64,000 nucleotides of DNA from an uncultured Gammaproteobacteria bacterium. Its GTDB lineage: Bacteria; Patescibacteriota; Microgenomatia; Daviesbacterales; UBA10151. A program made the translations under genes and the position numbers. Numbering within the stretch: the first letter of the stretch is position 1; every line of letters starts with the position of its first letter. The stretch covers positions 3,477-67,476 of the forward strand of contig CAZVEX010000005.1 in assembly GCA_964625535.1 (NCBI GenBank), read 5' to 3'. A model generated the notes under the pieces. The model was not told the DNA's origin. It saw nothing but the letters and a program-made list of their open reading frames with translations, and did not search any database. Positions 48,204-56,740 of the stretch are shown piece after piece.

Positions 48204-48908
48204 GTGAATCTGTTTCTTGAGTTTTTATTTCCCAAAAAATGTGTAGGCTGTGGTAAGGAAAGTACATATTTTTGCAAAAATTGTATTGCGGATATTTTGC
48301 AAACAGACCTGATTTGTCCTCAATGTGATAATTTGTCAATCGGCGGGCTGACCCACCCCGGCTGTGAGAAAAGCTTTAGTTTGGACGGGTTATGGAGTTT
48401 GGGCATATATCAGGGTTCCTTAAAAAGAGCCATCCAAAAGCTAAAATATGAACCCTCGCTGGTCAAGGATTTTGCTCCTGTTCTGGCGGATATCACTGTA
48501 GAATATTGGGAGAAGCATCAACCCTATCTTTTTGATTTGATCAGAAAAGATCAGGGCAAAGACTGGGTGATTATACCTGTACCGCTGCACTGGTTTAGGG
48601 AAAACAAAAGGGGTTTTAATCAGGCAAAATTAATTGGACAAATTATATCCAAAAAACTAGGTTTGGCCTATTGTGATGGGTTAAAACGCATTCGTTATAC
48701 CAAGTCCCAGGTTAAACTGAAAAAGCATGCTCGCCGTCAAAACATCAGAGATGCTTTTGCAATTTCTTCTAACTGTAACCTGTCCCCTGAAACCTGTATC
48801 CTTTTAATAGATGATGTCTGGACCACAGGTTCAACCCTGCGGGAGTGTTGCTATGTGTTGAAAAAGCACGGAGCCCAAAAAGTCTGGGCTCTGACATTGG
48901 CTAGATAA
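48204..48908 (+). CDS. comF: ComF-family competence protein (double Zn ribbon + phosphoribosyltransferase)
   Basis: FP..C.GC, C..C, PVPLH, RGFNQA, LLIDDVWTTGSTL; in-frame heptamer tract 48769-48803 (SNCNLSPETCIL). Confidence 0.92.
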   Translation: MNLFLEFLFPKKCVGCGKESTYFCKNCIADILQTDLICPQCDNLSIGGLTHPGCEKSFSLDGLWSLGIYQGSLKRAIQKLKYEPSLVKDFAPVLADITVEYWEKHQPYLFDLIRKDQGKDWVIIPVPLHWFRENKRGFNQAKLIGQIISKKLGLAYCDGLKRIRYTKSQVKLKKHARRQNIRDAFAISSNCNLSPETCILLIDDVWTTGSTLRECCYVLKKHGAQKVWALTLAR

Positions 48909-48909
48909 G

Positions 48910-48991
48910 CGGAGGAGGTGGGGGTCGAACCCACATGCCCTTTCAGGCCCCAGTTTTCAAGACTGGTGAGCCACCATTGCTCAACTCCTCC
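48910..48991 (-). tRNA. tRNA-Ser(TGA)
   Basis: GGAGGAG/CTCCTCC acceptor stem, CCAGT-CTTGAAA-ACTGG, long variable arm, GGTTCGAC. Confidence 0.92.
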
Positions 48992-48993
48992 TT

Positions 48994-49018
48994 GTTTACA
49001 CTGAGCTTGTCGAAGTGC
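48994..49018 (-). repeat. Interspersed REP-like repeat, copy 2, between two tRNA-Ser genes
   Basis: Reverse complement GCACTTCGACAAGCTCAGTGTAAAC matches 32435-32460. Confidence 0.7.
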
Positions 49019-49104
49019 GGAGAGGGTGGGATTTGAACCCACGGTCCGATTGCTCGGACAGCGCATTAGCACTGCGCCGCACTAGGCCACTATGCGACCT
49101 CTCC
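49018..49104 (-). tRNA. tRNA-Ser(GCT)
   Basis: GGAGAGG acceptor strand, GCGCA-GTGCTAA-TGCGC, long variable arm, GGTTCAAATCC. Confidence 0.92.
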
Positions 49105-49152
49105 GTGAACTTAATTTTACCAGAATACTTAGGTACATGCTATCATGATTTA

Positions 49153-49977
49153 GTGGATTATCAGAAGATTGACCGCTGGCAAAATTTAAGCGAGCTGAAA
49201 AAACTACTTGATTTATCTACCCCGCCCAAAGACCTTTATTTTCAAGGAACTTGGAATAGTGAAATTTTTGCAAATTGCACGGCAGTGGTCGGTTCCAGAA
49301 AAATGACCGGTTATGGAGCTACCGTGGTAGAAAAAATTATCCCGCAACTGATTGCCCAGGGTCAGACAGTTGTGTCCGGTTTTATGTACGGAGTTGACCA
49401 ATATGCTCATCAGGTTTGCGTGGAGCAAGGTGGTAAGACCATTGCCGTTTTGGGCTGGGGGATCACTCATAAACTTTCAGGAGACGATTTAAAGTTAGCC
49501 AAAAAAATTATCGATGCGGGAGGGTTGTTACTCTCCGAATGGGAAGAGCAAAAACCAACCCATTGGACCTTTCCCTTAAGAAACCGTCTGGTGGCTGCGC
49601 TGTGTCAGGAAATCATTGTGGTGGAGGCGGCGGAAGGAAGCGGCTCACTGATTACTGCCAGAATTGCCGCCAGGCTGAAAAAGACAGTTTGGGCAGTACC
49701 CGGGCCGATTACCAGCCGGACCTCCAGAGGAACCAATCACTTAATTGCAGAGGGAAAAGCCAAAGTGTGGCTGGGGCAGAGTTCGGTTCAGCTGCCTCTT
49801 GCCCAGGGCAGCGATCCTCTTTTGCAAATTCTGGAGAACGAGGCTTTATCTGCTGATGAGCTGGTCAGAAAACTTAATCTGGCTGTTTCCGAGATTGGAG
49901 CCAAGCTTTCGATCTTACTGCTATCTGGTCAAATTATTGAGAAAGGGGGAAAATATTACCTAAGCGATGCTAGTTAA
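49153..49977 (+). CDS. dprA: DNA-processing protein DprA
   Basis: AVVGSRK.T.YG, VSG..YGVD..AH, FP.RNR, VVEA...SGSLITA, AVPG.I; start reassigned to GTG 49153. Confidence 0.94.
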   Translation: MDYQKIDRWQNLSELKKLLDLSTPPKDLYFQGTWNSEIFANCTAVVGSRKMTGYGATVVEKIIPQLIAQGQTVVSGFMYGVDQYAHQVCVEQGGKTIAVLGWGITHKLSGDDLKLAKKIIDAGGLLLSEWEEQKPTHWTFPLRNRLVAALCQEIIVVEAAEGSGSLITARIAARLKKTVWAVPGPITSRTSRGTNHLIAEGKAKVWLGQSSVQLPLAQGSDPLLQILENEALSADELVRKLNLAVSEIGAKLSILLLSGQIIEKGGKYYLSDAS

Positions 49978-51517
49978 AATTCCCTCCATTGCCAATATCG
50001 GGTTGGATTCCGTCCCTGTGGATGTGGAGGTTGATGTGGCCTCAACGGGTTTTCCCGGATTTACCATTGTCGGGCTGGCCAGTAAAGCTGTAGAAGAAGC
50101 CCGGGAAAGAGTTAAAACAGCCATTGTCAATTCCAAGCTGGATTTTCCGCCCAGAAAAATTACTGTTAACCTGGCTCCGGCGGATCTGCCTAAAGACGGG
50201 GCTGCTTATGATCTGCCAATGGCTCTGGGTGTGCTGTTGGCCAGCGGACAAATCAACTTACCCGAGAATTTTGATTTAACCAAATCTTTTTTCTACGGCG
50301 AGCTTTCTCTTGACGGCACTTTAAGGCCCACCAAAGGCATTTTATTGCTGGGCCTTTTTGCCCAAAAATGCGGCCCCACTGCTACCATTTTTGTGCCATC
50401 TCCCAGCGCGCCGGAGGCAGGAATGGTGGCCGGCATAACAGTGATGCCGGTTGAAACTCTGTCTCAACTGGTTGAGTATTTACTGGGACAAAAGAAAATT
50501 CCAGCCTTAAAACTCCCACCCCGTCAGGATTTGTTGGAAGAACATGCCGTGGAGTTTGATCTGACAGAGATTGCCGGACAGGAACAGGCCAAAAGAGCTT
50601 TGATTATTGCCGCTGCCGGCGGGCATAATCTGTTGATGTGGGGCCCACCGGGCACCGGTAAAACCATGCTCTCACGAGCTTTGCCCGGTATTCTGCCTCC
50701 GCTTTCAGCAGAGGAAGCTTTGGAGGTGACCAGGATTTATTCCGTGGCCGGGTTGCTTTCACCCGGGCAAGCCATGGTAGCCTCCCGACCATTCAGGGCG
50801 CCGCATCACGGTATTTCCGGTGCCGGCATGATCGGGGGCGGCAGCAACCCTTTGCCGGGGGAGGTAAGCCTGGCCCATTTGGGAGTGCTTTTCTTGGATG
50901 AGATGCCCGAGTTCCAAAGGAGCCTGATTGAAAGCTTGAGACAGCCGATGGAGGATGGGGTGGTGGAGATTGTGCGGGTGGCCGGCCATGTCAAATATCC
51001 CGCCTCCTTTACTCTCATTGCCGCCATCAACCCCTGCCCCTGCGGTTACCTGGGTCACCCCAAAAGAGAATGTAAATGTTCCGACAAACAGATCGCCAAA
51101 TACAGACAGCGCATATCGGGTCCGATCCTAGACAGGGTTGATCTTTTTGTCCATGTCTCTGTGGTGGAAACGGACAAGTTGTCCATCACCTCAGCTTTTC
51201 AAGGGAACAGGATTTCCTCACAGGATGCCAAAAAACAGGTTGTCAGTGCCCGAAAAATTCAAAAAGAGCGTTTTCAGGGGGAGAGTCGAAACATTTACAC
51301 CAACTCCCAGATGAGAAACAGCGATGTTAAAAAGTATGGTAAATTAACTCCGGAAGCGGAAAATCTTCTTAAACTGGCCTCCGACAGGTTTGACTTTTCC
51401 GCCCGCAGCTATTTTCGTTTGATCAAAGTCTCAAGAACTATTGCTGATTTAAGCGTTAGCGATCGAATTTTGCCTGTTCATATGGCGGAGGCCCTGCAGT
51501 ACAAACAGATTATATGA
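49967..51517 (+). CDS. comM: ComM/YifB Mg-chelatase-like AAA+ ATPase
   Basis: ITVNLAPADLPK, GPPGTGKT, PFRAPHH, PGEVSLAH.GVLFLDE, NPCPCG, ISGPILDR.D. Confidence 0.94.
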   Translation: MLVKIPSIANIGLDSVPVDVEVDVASTGFPGFTIVGLASKAVEEARERVKTAIVNSKLDFPPRKITVNLAPADLPKDGAAYDLPMALGVLLASGQINLPENFDLTKSFFYGELSLDGTLRPTKGILLLGLFAQKCGPTATIFVPSPSAPEAGMVAGITVMPVETLSQLVEYLLGQKKIPALKLPPRQDLLEEHAVEFDLTEIAGQEQAKRALIIAAAGGHNLLMWGPPGTGKTMLSRALPGILPPLSAEEALEVTRIYSVAGLLSPGQAMVASRPFRAPHHGISGAGMIGGGSNPLPGEVSLAHLGVLFLDEMPEFQRSLIESLRQPMEDGVVEIVRVAGHVKYPASFTLIAAINPCPCGYLGHPKRECKCSDKQIAKYRQRISGPILDRVDLFVHVSVVETDKLSITSAFQGNRISSQDAKKQVVSARKIQKERFQGESRNIYTNSQMRNSDVKKYGKLTPEAENLLKLASDRFDFSARSYFRLIKVSRTIADLSVSDRILPVHMAEALQYKQII

Positions 51518-51867
51518 AAGCCTTAAACCGCGAGACAGGCCGTTTAGCCGAAAACCTGGCCACGGAAGCACTAATCAAGAAGGGTTATCAGATTTTGGAG
51601 CGAAATTTCAGCAATCGTTTTGGGGAAATCGATATTATTGCCAAAGATCAGGATATTTTGGTATTTGTGGAAGTCAAGGCCAAGAAGGGAGTGGAATTTG
51701 GTATGCCCGAAGAAATGATCAATAGTTATAAATTGCAAAAAATCCGGCATATGGCCACAATTTATATGAAAGGGCAAAGTTTGCCCTGCCGGATTGATGT
51801 GGTGGCAATCGTGTTATCTCCCACCAATGATCTTGTCAGATTGAACCATTACGAGAATGTTGTATAA
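51514..51867 (+). CDS. yraN: YraN-family (UPF0102) endonuclease
   Basis: G..AE, GY.ILERN, GEIDIIA, LVFVEVK, RIDVVAI. Confidence 0.92.
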   Translation: MKALNRETGRLAENLATEALIKKGYQILERNFSNRFGEIDIIAKDQDILVFVEVKAKKGVEFGMPEEMINSYKLQKIRHMATIYMKGQSLPCRIDVVAIVLSPTNDLVRLNHYENVV

Positions 51868-51878
51868 TCAAAATTACC

Positions 51879-52436
51879 ATGCCAAAGGCTAAACAACCGC
51901 CTAAAGAAAATTCACCGCTTACCCCCAAGATGATGGAGGCGGAAGAAATTAAAACTCTCCTGTCCTGGGAAGCTCCCTCCCGCCCCTTTAGAAAAAAAGA
52001 CCGCTCCTTTTATACCACGGTGGCCATCCTGGTGGTATTGCTGGTGTTGATTTTGCTTTTGGCCAGGGAGTTTTTGCTGATCGGGGCGCTTTTATCGCTT
52101 ACCTTTGTGGCTTATGTTTTGGCATTTGTGCCGCCTCATCGCATCAACTATAAAATTTCCACCCAAGGGGTCACCATTGGTGAGGATTTTTACTTCTGGC
52201 ATTTTTTGGATTCATTTTGGTTTAAAGAAAAAGATGGATCAAAGGTGTTGCATATTCAAACCAGGTTGCGCTTTCCTGCGCAACTCATGTTAGTCTTAGG
52301 TTCGCAAGAGGAGGAAAAAGCCAAAAAGACAGTGGCCCGTTTTTTGCCTTTTGTGGAGGTGCCATATAAATCCTGGATGGAAAAATGGTCAGAAGGATTG
52401 CAAAAACATTTCCCCCTGGAAAATCCACATAGATGA
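51879..52436 (+). CDS. Conserved two-TM membrane protein
   Basis: L.WEAP.RPF.K, two TM helices, I...G..I....Y.W..L.SFW. Confidence 0.65.
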   Translation: MPKAKQPPKENSPLTPKMMEAEEIKTLLSWEAPSRPFRKKDRSFYTTVAILVVLLVLILLLAREFLLIGALLSLTFVAYVLAFVPPHRINYKISTQGVTIGEDFYFWHFLDSFWFKEKDGSKVLHIQTRLRFPAQLMLVLGSQEEEKAKKTVARFLPFVEVPYKSWMEKWSEGLQKHFPLENPHR

Positions 52437-52460
52437 ATTCTGTGCTAAAATACCCATGTT

Positions 52461-52533
52461 GCGCCCGTAGTTCAATGGACAGAACGCATGGTTGCGGTCC
52501 ATGTGGTTGGGGGTTCGATTCCCTCCGGGCGCG
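52461..52533 (+). tRNA. tRNA-Arg(GCG)
   Basis: GCGCCCG/CGGGCGC, CATGG-TTGCGGT-CCATG, GGTTCGATTCC. Confidence 0.9.
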
Positions 52534-52539
52534 CTCGAA

Positions 52540-52625
52540 GGAGGCGTGTCCGAGCGGTTTATGGAAATGGTTTCGAAAACCATCGGCTCGAAAGGGCCTC
52601 GCAGGTTCGAATCCTGCCGCCTCCG
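52540..52625 (+). tRNA. tRNA-Ser(CGA)
   Basis: GGAGGCG/CGCCTCC, ATGGT-TTCGAAA-ACCAT, long variable arm. Confidence 0.92.
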
Positions 52626-52630
52626 CTTAA

Positions 52631-52703
52631 GCCCTCGTAGTTCAATGGACAGAACTTCTGGTTCCGGTCCAGACGGTTGGAGGTTCGACTCCTCTCGAGG
52701 GCG
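52631..52703 (+). tRNA. tRNA-Arg(CCG)
   Basis: GCCCTCG/CGAGGGC, TCTGG-TTCCGGT-CCAGA. Confidence 0.92.
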
Positions 52704-52709
52704 CTAACT

Positions 52710-53111
52710 ATGAAAAGAGAATTTTCGGCAGGAGGAATAGTCTTTAATAAAGCTGGTCAGGTATTGTTGACCAAGCATTCTCGAAACCATCACTGGAGTT
52801 TTCCCAAGGGTTTGATTGACCCCGGGCAAACCAGCGAGCAGGCAGCTCTGCGGGAAGTAAAAGAAGAGGGTGGGGTAGAGGCCAAAATTTTGGATAAAGT
52901 AGGGTATTCAAAATATGTCTATACCTTAAACAGGGAAAAGATTTTCAAAATTGTGACTTATTTTTTAATGAAATATGTCTCCGGTAGTCCAGAGGACCAT
53001 GACTGGGAAATGGAAGAAGCAGGATGGTATGAAGTGGAGGAGGCATTAAAAAAACTGACTTTTTCTCAAGACAAAACTTTACTCAAAAAAGCATTAGAAA
53101 TGGTAAAATAA
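52710..53111 (+). CDS. NUDIX hydrolase
   Basis: SAGGIV, WSFPKGLIDPGQTSEQAALREVKEEGG Nudix box; start ATG 52710. Confidence 0.92.
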   Translation: MKREFSAGGIVFNKAGQVLLTKHSRNHHWSFPKGLIDPGQTSEQAALREVKEEGGVEAKILDKVGYSKYVYTLNREKIFKIVTYFLMKYVSGSPEDHDWEMEEAGWYEVEEALKKLTFSQDKTLLKKALEMVK

Positions 53112-53129
53112 GCCCCGCTGCTCCTTAAA

Positions 53130-54323
53130 ATGTATAAAAACAATCTGGTAAGCTGGAAGATAGTTACCCCCATTATCGGAGATGTGCTTATTTCCCCTTG
53201 GAATTTGTTAATAGGAGGACTGCTTGTTTCCAAATTAAGCTTTCCTTATGCTTTTATTTCCATCATTGGAGGTTATATAGTTTTAAGTCTGGTTTTTTAC
53301 TATTATGGCGGGCTGGGATTTCAATTTAGAAAAAGAACCTCGGAGATTATAGAACCGGTTTTTGGCCGCGTTGGCACAAAATTATTTTTCAGCATTATTT
53401 TGGCCATGGGACAAATTGGCTGGTTTGCCATTGTTAACCAGATTGGCGGAGAATCTTTGGCAATACTGGCAGGTGTCCCTTCTTACATTGGTATCCTGAT
53501 ATATGGAGCAGCAATGGTAATCATGGCAACTCTTAATTTACACAAATTGGCAATCGTGAAATCCATGATTGTGGTTTCTTCTGTTGGCTTGTTGATTTAT
53601 TTAATTGCCATAAACAGAGCGGATTTTAATCTGACAAGACTGACGGATTTAAGTTATAACAAAGAAACAATTCTTTGGGGCATTTCAATAGTTGTAGCTT
53701 CTTTGATGTCTTTTTCCTCGGTTAGTCCTGATTTTATGTCTGGCTTAAAAACCAGAAAAGATGTTTTATTAACCATTTTAACAGGCTTATTTTTGCCGGG
53801 AGTTTTAATCTCTACTTTAGGGGCAGCGCTTTTTTTAGGTAAACCCCTAATTCTGGAGGCTATTATCGGTGTATCTTTGTTGGCCGGTTTTGGCCACTGG
53901 TTTAATGTGATAACCAACACTGATGCGGCAGTGGCAATTTATACTCCGGGTTACAGGTTAAGTTATGCTTTTGGGTGGCCATTTAAAATCTCGGTTCTCG
54001 TGGCTGCGTCTTTGGGGTCTTTATTTTCTTTGCTTAATATCAGATCTCAACTGGAAACTTGGTTGTCAATTATTGCCGGTATTTATCCGTCTTTAGTAGG
54101 GGTGACAGTGGCCCATTATTGTCTTAGATTTTTCCAGAGAAAAGCGGTTAAATACTCAAAAACAAATTGGAGATCAGTTATTATTATCCTTTTTTCTTCA
54201 ATGCTGATATTTATAATAAATATTTCTTTACTTAACTGGGTAGTTGGGTTAACCTCATTTGTTTTGTATATCGCCATGACAGGAGTGACTGTAAAGATAT
54301 ATTTTGGAAGAAATAATAAATAA
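53130..54323 (+). CDS. Cytosine/purine permease (CodB / NCS1-like)
   Basis: About 12 TM helices, FG..G, GQIGWFA, PDF, NTDAA..Y pattern. Confidence 0.7.
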   Translation: MYKNNLVSWKIVTPIIGDVLISPWNLLIGGLLVSKLSFPYAFISIIGGYIVLSLVFYYYGGLGFQFRKRTSEIIEPVFGRVGTKLFFSIILAMGQIGWFAIVNQIGGESLAILAGVPSYIGILIYGAAMVIMATLNLHKLAIVKSMIVVSSVGLLIYLIAINRADFNLTRLTDLSYNKETILWGISIVVASLMSFSSVSPDFMSGLKTRKDVLLTILTGLFLPGVLISTLGAALFLGKPLILEAIIGVSLLAGFGHWFNVITNTDAAVAIYTPGYRLSYAFGWPFKISVLVAASLGSLFSLLNIRSQLETWLSIIAGIYPSLVGVTVAHYCLRFFQRKAVKYSKTNWRSVIIILFSSMLIFIINISLLNWVVGLTSFVLYIAMTGVTVKIYFGRNNK

Positions 54324-54325
54324 TT

Positions 54326-54919
54326 ATGTATAATTTTGTCTCCCGCGGCGGCATTAAACTTCAATCAGCCATTGAAAATTGGAAGCTAAATTTGGAAAAT
54401 TTGGTTTGCTTGGATGTGGGTTCATCAACAGGTGGATTTGTGGATTGCCTTTTGCAGAATGGAGCAGCTAAAGTTTATGCCCTTGATACTGCTTATGGGG
54501 AACTTGCCTGGAAGTTGCGAAATGACCCAAGAGTGGTGGTTATGGAACGGACAAATATTTTATATTTGGAAAGTTTACCAGAACAAGTGGATTTAGTGAC
54601 TATTGATGCAGGTTGGACCAAACTGGAACTTGTTTTGCCGGTTGTTAAAAAATTTTTAAAACCGGATGGAATAATTATTGCATTACTTAAACCCCAATAT
54701 GAAGCAGATAAGCGAAGCTTTCCTTTTCCTGGCGGAAAACGTAAAAAGGATTTAGTGAAAGGTATTTTGCCAGAGGGTATTGCCGAGAGAGTAAAAGATG
54801 AAGTGGTAGAAAGGTTACAGGTTTTAGGTTACAGGGTACAGCAAGTTATGGAATCGCCAATTCTGGGTGGGGCAGGAAATCAGGAATACTTGCTTTATTT
54901 GACTTTTCAGAAGAAATAA
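54326..54919 (+). CDS. tlyA: TlyA-like rRNA 2'-O-methyltransferase lacking the S4 domain
   Basis: FVSRGG.KL, LDVGSSTGGF.DCLLQ.GA..VYA.D, LR.DPRV..MERTN, L.KPQYE, SPI.G..GN.EYL. Confidence 0.85.
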   Translation: MYNFVSRGGIKLQSAIENWKLNLENLVCLDVGSSTGGFVDCLLQNGAAKVYALDTAYGELAWKLRNDPRVVVMERTNILYLESLPEQVDLVTIDAGWTKLELVLPVVKKFLKPDGIIIALLKPQYEADKRSFPFPGGKRKKDLVKGILPEGIAERVKDEVVERLQVLGYRVQQVMESPILGGAGNQEYLLYLTFQKK

Positions 54920-55007
54920 TCTTTAGTATATTTATAGACTACTTTTTAATTTTACCTAACTCATAGTAATTTGACACGAGATGAATTTAGTCCTATAATA
55001 GCTAAAT

Positions 55008-56156
55008 ATGCCACCTGAGCTAAGAGCAAGATTAAGTATCCGTACAAAAGAAGGATTAATCTTATACAAGGCTGGTTTAAATAATAATAGTGGGGGAGAA
55101 GATTATTCTCAAAATTTTTCTCGAGATGTCCTTGAAGCTGGGATGATGGCGGGCGATACAAGGATGATTCGAGACCAGTTGATCTACGGTAACTTACATC
55201 AAGCCAAACGGCCTGATCCCCAAAAAGGTGCTGAACGTTTTAAATATCATCACCAATTACCAGGTGTAAGACTAAAGACAGGGTTGTCAACTGAATATAA
55301 CGCCTCTGATGTCAATGCTCTCTATTTAATAGGACATGCTTATTATCAAAGGATAACCGGAGACGCATCATTGACAGAAAGATTCAGAGATAATCTACGA
55401 GGGGCGGTAGAAGTTTACATCTTCTCCCACCTTAATCCAACTACAAACCAATTTGAAGAAAACCCCAAGTTTTGCGATGCAGAAGATTTTGCTCTTGACA
55501 GAACTGATTGGAAAGATTCTATGACACCGGGTCGAGATGATGGTAAAGTAATTTATCCGGTTGTCTTGCCTAATCTCCAAGCTATATACATGAGAGCATT
55601 GAGAGAAGCTGATCTAATACTTGGTAGCAGGGAGTTTACTAGTGAAGCCGTTAAGATGAGGAGAGGATTACAGGCTTTATATGATAAAAAACTGGGAACT
55701 TTCTATATTGCGGTGGATAGACTTAGTTTTATCCAAGGGATCAGCTCAGACGGATTAAATATGTTTGCCTATTTGGATTTGGAAGATTTAGCGCCAGGGC
55801 AGTGGGAAGCTATTATTAAAACTTCAAGAGTGCTCGAGACAGTGGCCGGTTATCAAAATATCGATCCTGTGATAGCTAGGACAATGTCAGATGATTACCA
55901 TGCCAGGGTTTGGCCTAAAGAAAATGCCAATATTCATAAAGGAGCTAGGAGGTTACAACAAAGAGCCAAAGAGGAAGGCTTGCATTTTCTGGTTGATGCC
56001 TTTGGTCATGTCATGGAAGTGAGTTCAAGAACTTATGCTTTTCTTGATACTTACCCTGAAACTTTAAAGGTGAAAGGTGATAATGTAGTGAAAGTGGGGT
56101 GTGATCCTCAGCTTTGGACGGTTACAGCTAAGCAATACTATAGATCCCTCTATTGA
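55008..56156 (+). CDS. Amylo-alpha-1,6-glucosidase / glycogen-debranching-like (alpha/alpha)6 glycoside hydrolase domain
   Basis: SRD, EYNASDVNALYLI, DWKDS, YHARVWP..N, YPE, GCDPQLWT; TTGACA-17-TATAAT promoter. Confidence 0.65.
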   Translation: MPPELRARLSIRTKEGLILYKAGLNNNSGGEDYSQNFSRDVLEAGMMAGDTRMIRDQLIYGNLHQAKRPDPQKGAERFKYHHQLPGVRLKTGLSTEYNASDVNALYLIGHAYYQRITGDASLTERFRDNLRGAVEVYIFSHLNPTTNQFEENPKFCDAEDFALDRTDWKDSMTPGRDDGKVIYPVVLPNLQAIYMRALREADLILGSREFTSEAVKMRRGLQALYDKKLGTFYIAVDRLSFIQGISSDGLNMFAYLDLEDLAPGQWEAIIKTSRVLETVAGYQNIDPVIARTMSDDYHARVWPKENANIHKGARRLQQRAKEEGLHFLVDAFGHVMEVSSRTYAFLDTYPETLKVKGDNVVKVGCDPQLWTVTAKQYYRSLY

Positions 56157-56243
56157 TGTATGAAGGCAAACACCGACCAGGTGTAATGGCAGCTTTGGTA
56201 AATGCTCCTCAACGTGGATTGAAAGATATACAGTTGTAGTTTG

Positions 56244-56489
56244 TTACTTTTTAAGATGTAAAAATTTAAGGGTATTAAAAACCACCTCTTCCAGTTGTTT
56301 GCTTCTCCAAAGATAAATTATGGGAATAATGCCAAAAAGATTAATTAAAAATATGGCTGTAAACCATAAAGTGTCTCCTTTTTTGGCAGATTTCCAAAGG
56401 CCCATGGCTTTCCAAAAAGTCTCCCAAATAATAAGCACCAAGATTCCCAAGCCTGCCGGATTAAAATTAAAACCGTTCCAGTTAAACAT
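56244..56489 (-). CDS. Small membrane protein (DUF5652-like)
   Basis: W...WK..GLWKSA......WF.....IN..GI.PIIY. Confidence 0.75.
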   Translation of the reverse strand: MFNWNGFNFNPAGLGILVLIIWETFWKAMGLWKSAKKGDTLWFTAIFLINLFGIIPIIYLWRSKQLEEVVFNTLKFLHLKK

Positions 56490-56509
56490 TTATTTATTAT
56501 ACAGCATTT

Positions 56510-56597
56510 TGGCGGAGAGGGAGGGATTTGAACCCTCGATACCTTGCGGTATACGAGCTTTCCAAGCCCGCGCACTAGGCCACTATGCGACCTCTCC
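56510..56597 (-). tRNA. tRNA-Ser(GGA), CCA encoded
   Basis: GGAGAGG...CGGGC-TTGGAAA-GCTCG...CCTCTCCGCCA. Confidence 0.93.
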
Positions 56598-56740
56598 AAA
56601 ACAGCCTAAATTTTAACAGAAAAATAGATTCTTCGCTATAAACGCCTCAGCTTGTGTTGATAAGCCCGCTGAGGTTTTTTCTTGGCTATTTTATGCTCTG
56701 CATTTTTGTTAGAATTGGTTTACTCTTAATTAAAATTTCT

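Noticed and set aside
48910-48991. Selenocysteine or opal-suppressor tRNA
   Set aside because: Anticodon TGA reads UCA (Ser); Sec would need TCA and an extended acceptor stem.
49015-49152. N-terminal extension of DprA, and ORFs 52433-52707 and 56320-56616
   Set aside because: They overlap tRNA genes and are translation artefacts.
56625-56682. Fluoride riboswitch upstream of the TauE gene
   Set aside because: ATAAACGC and a CCTCAGC/GCTGAGG-T6 hairpin are present, but the 5' GGNGATGG pseudoknot strand is missing; at most a terminator-like hairpin.
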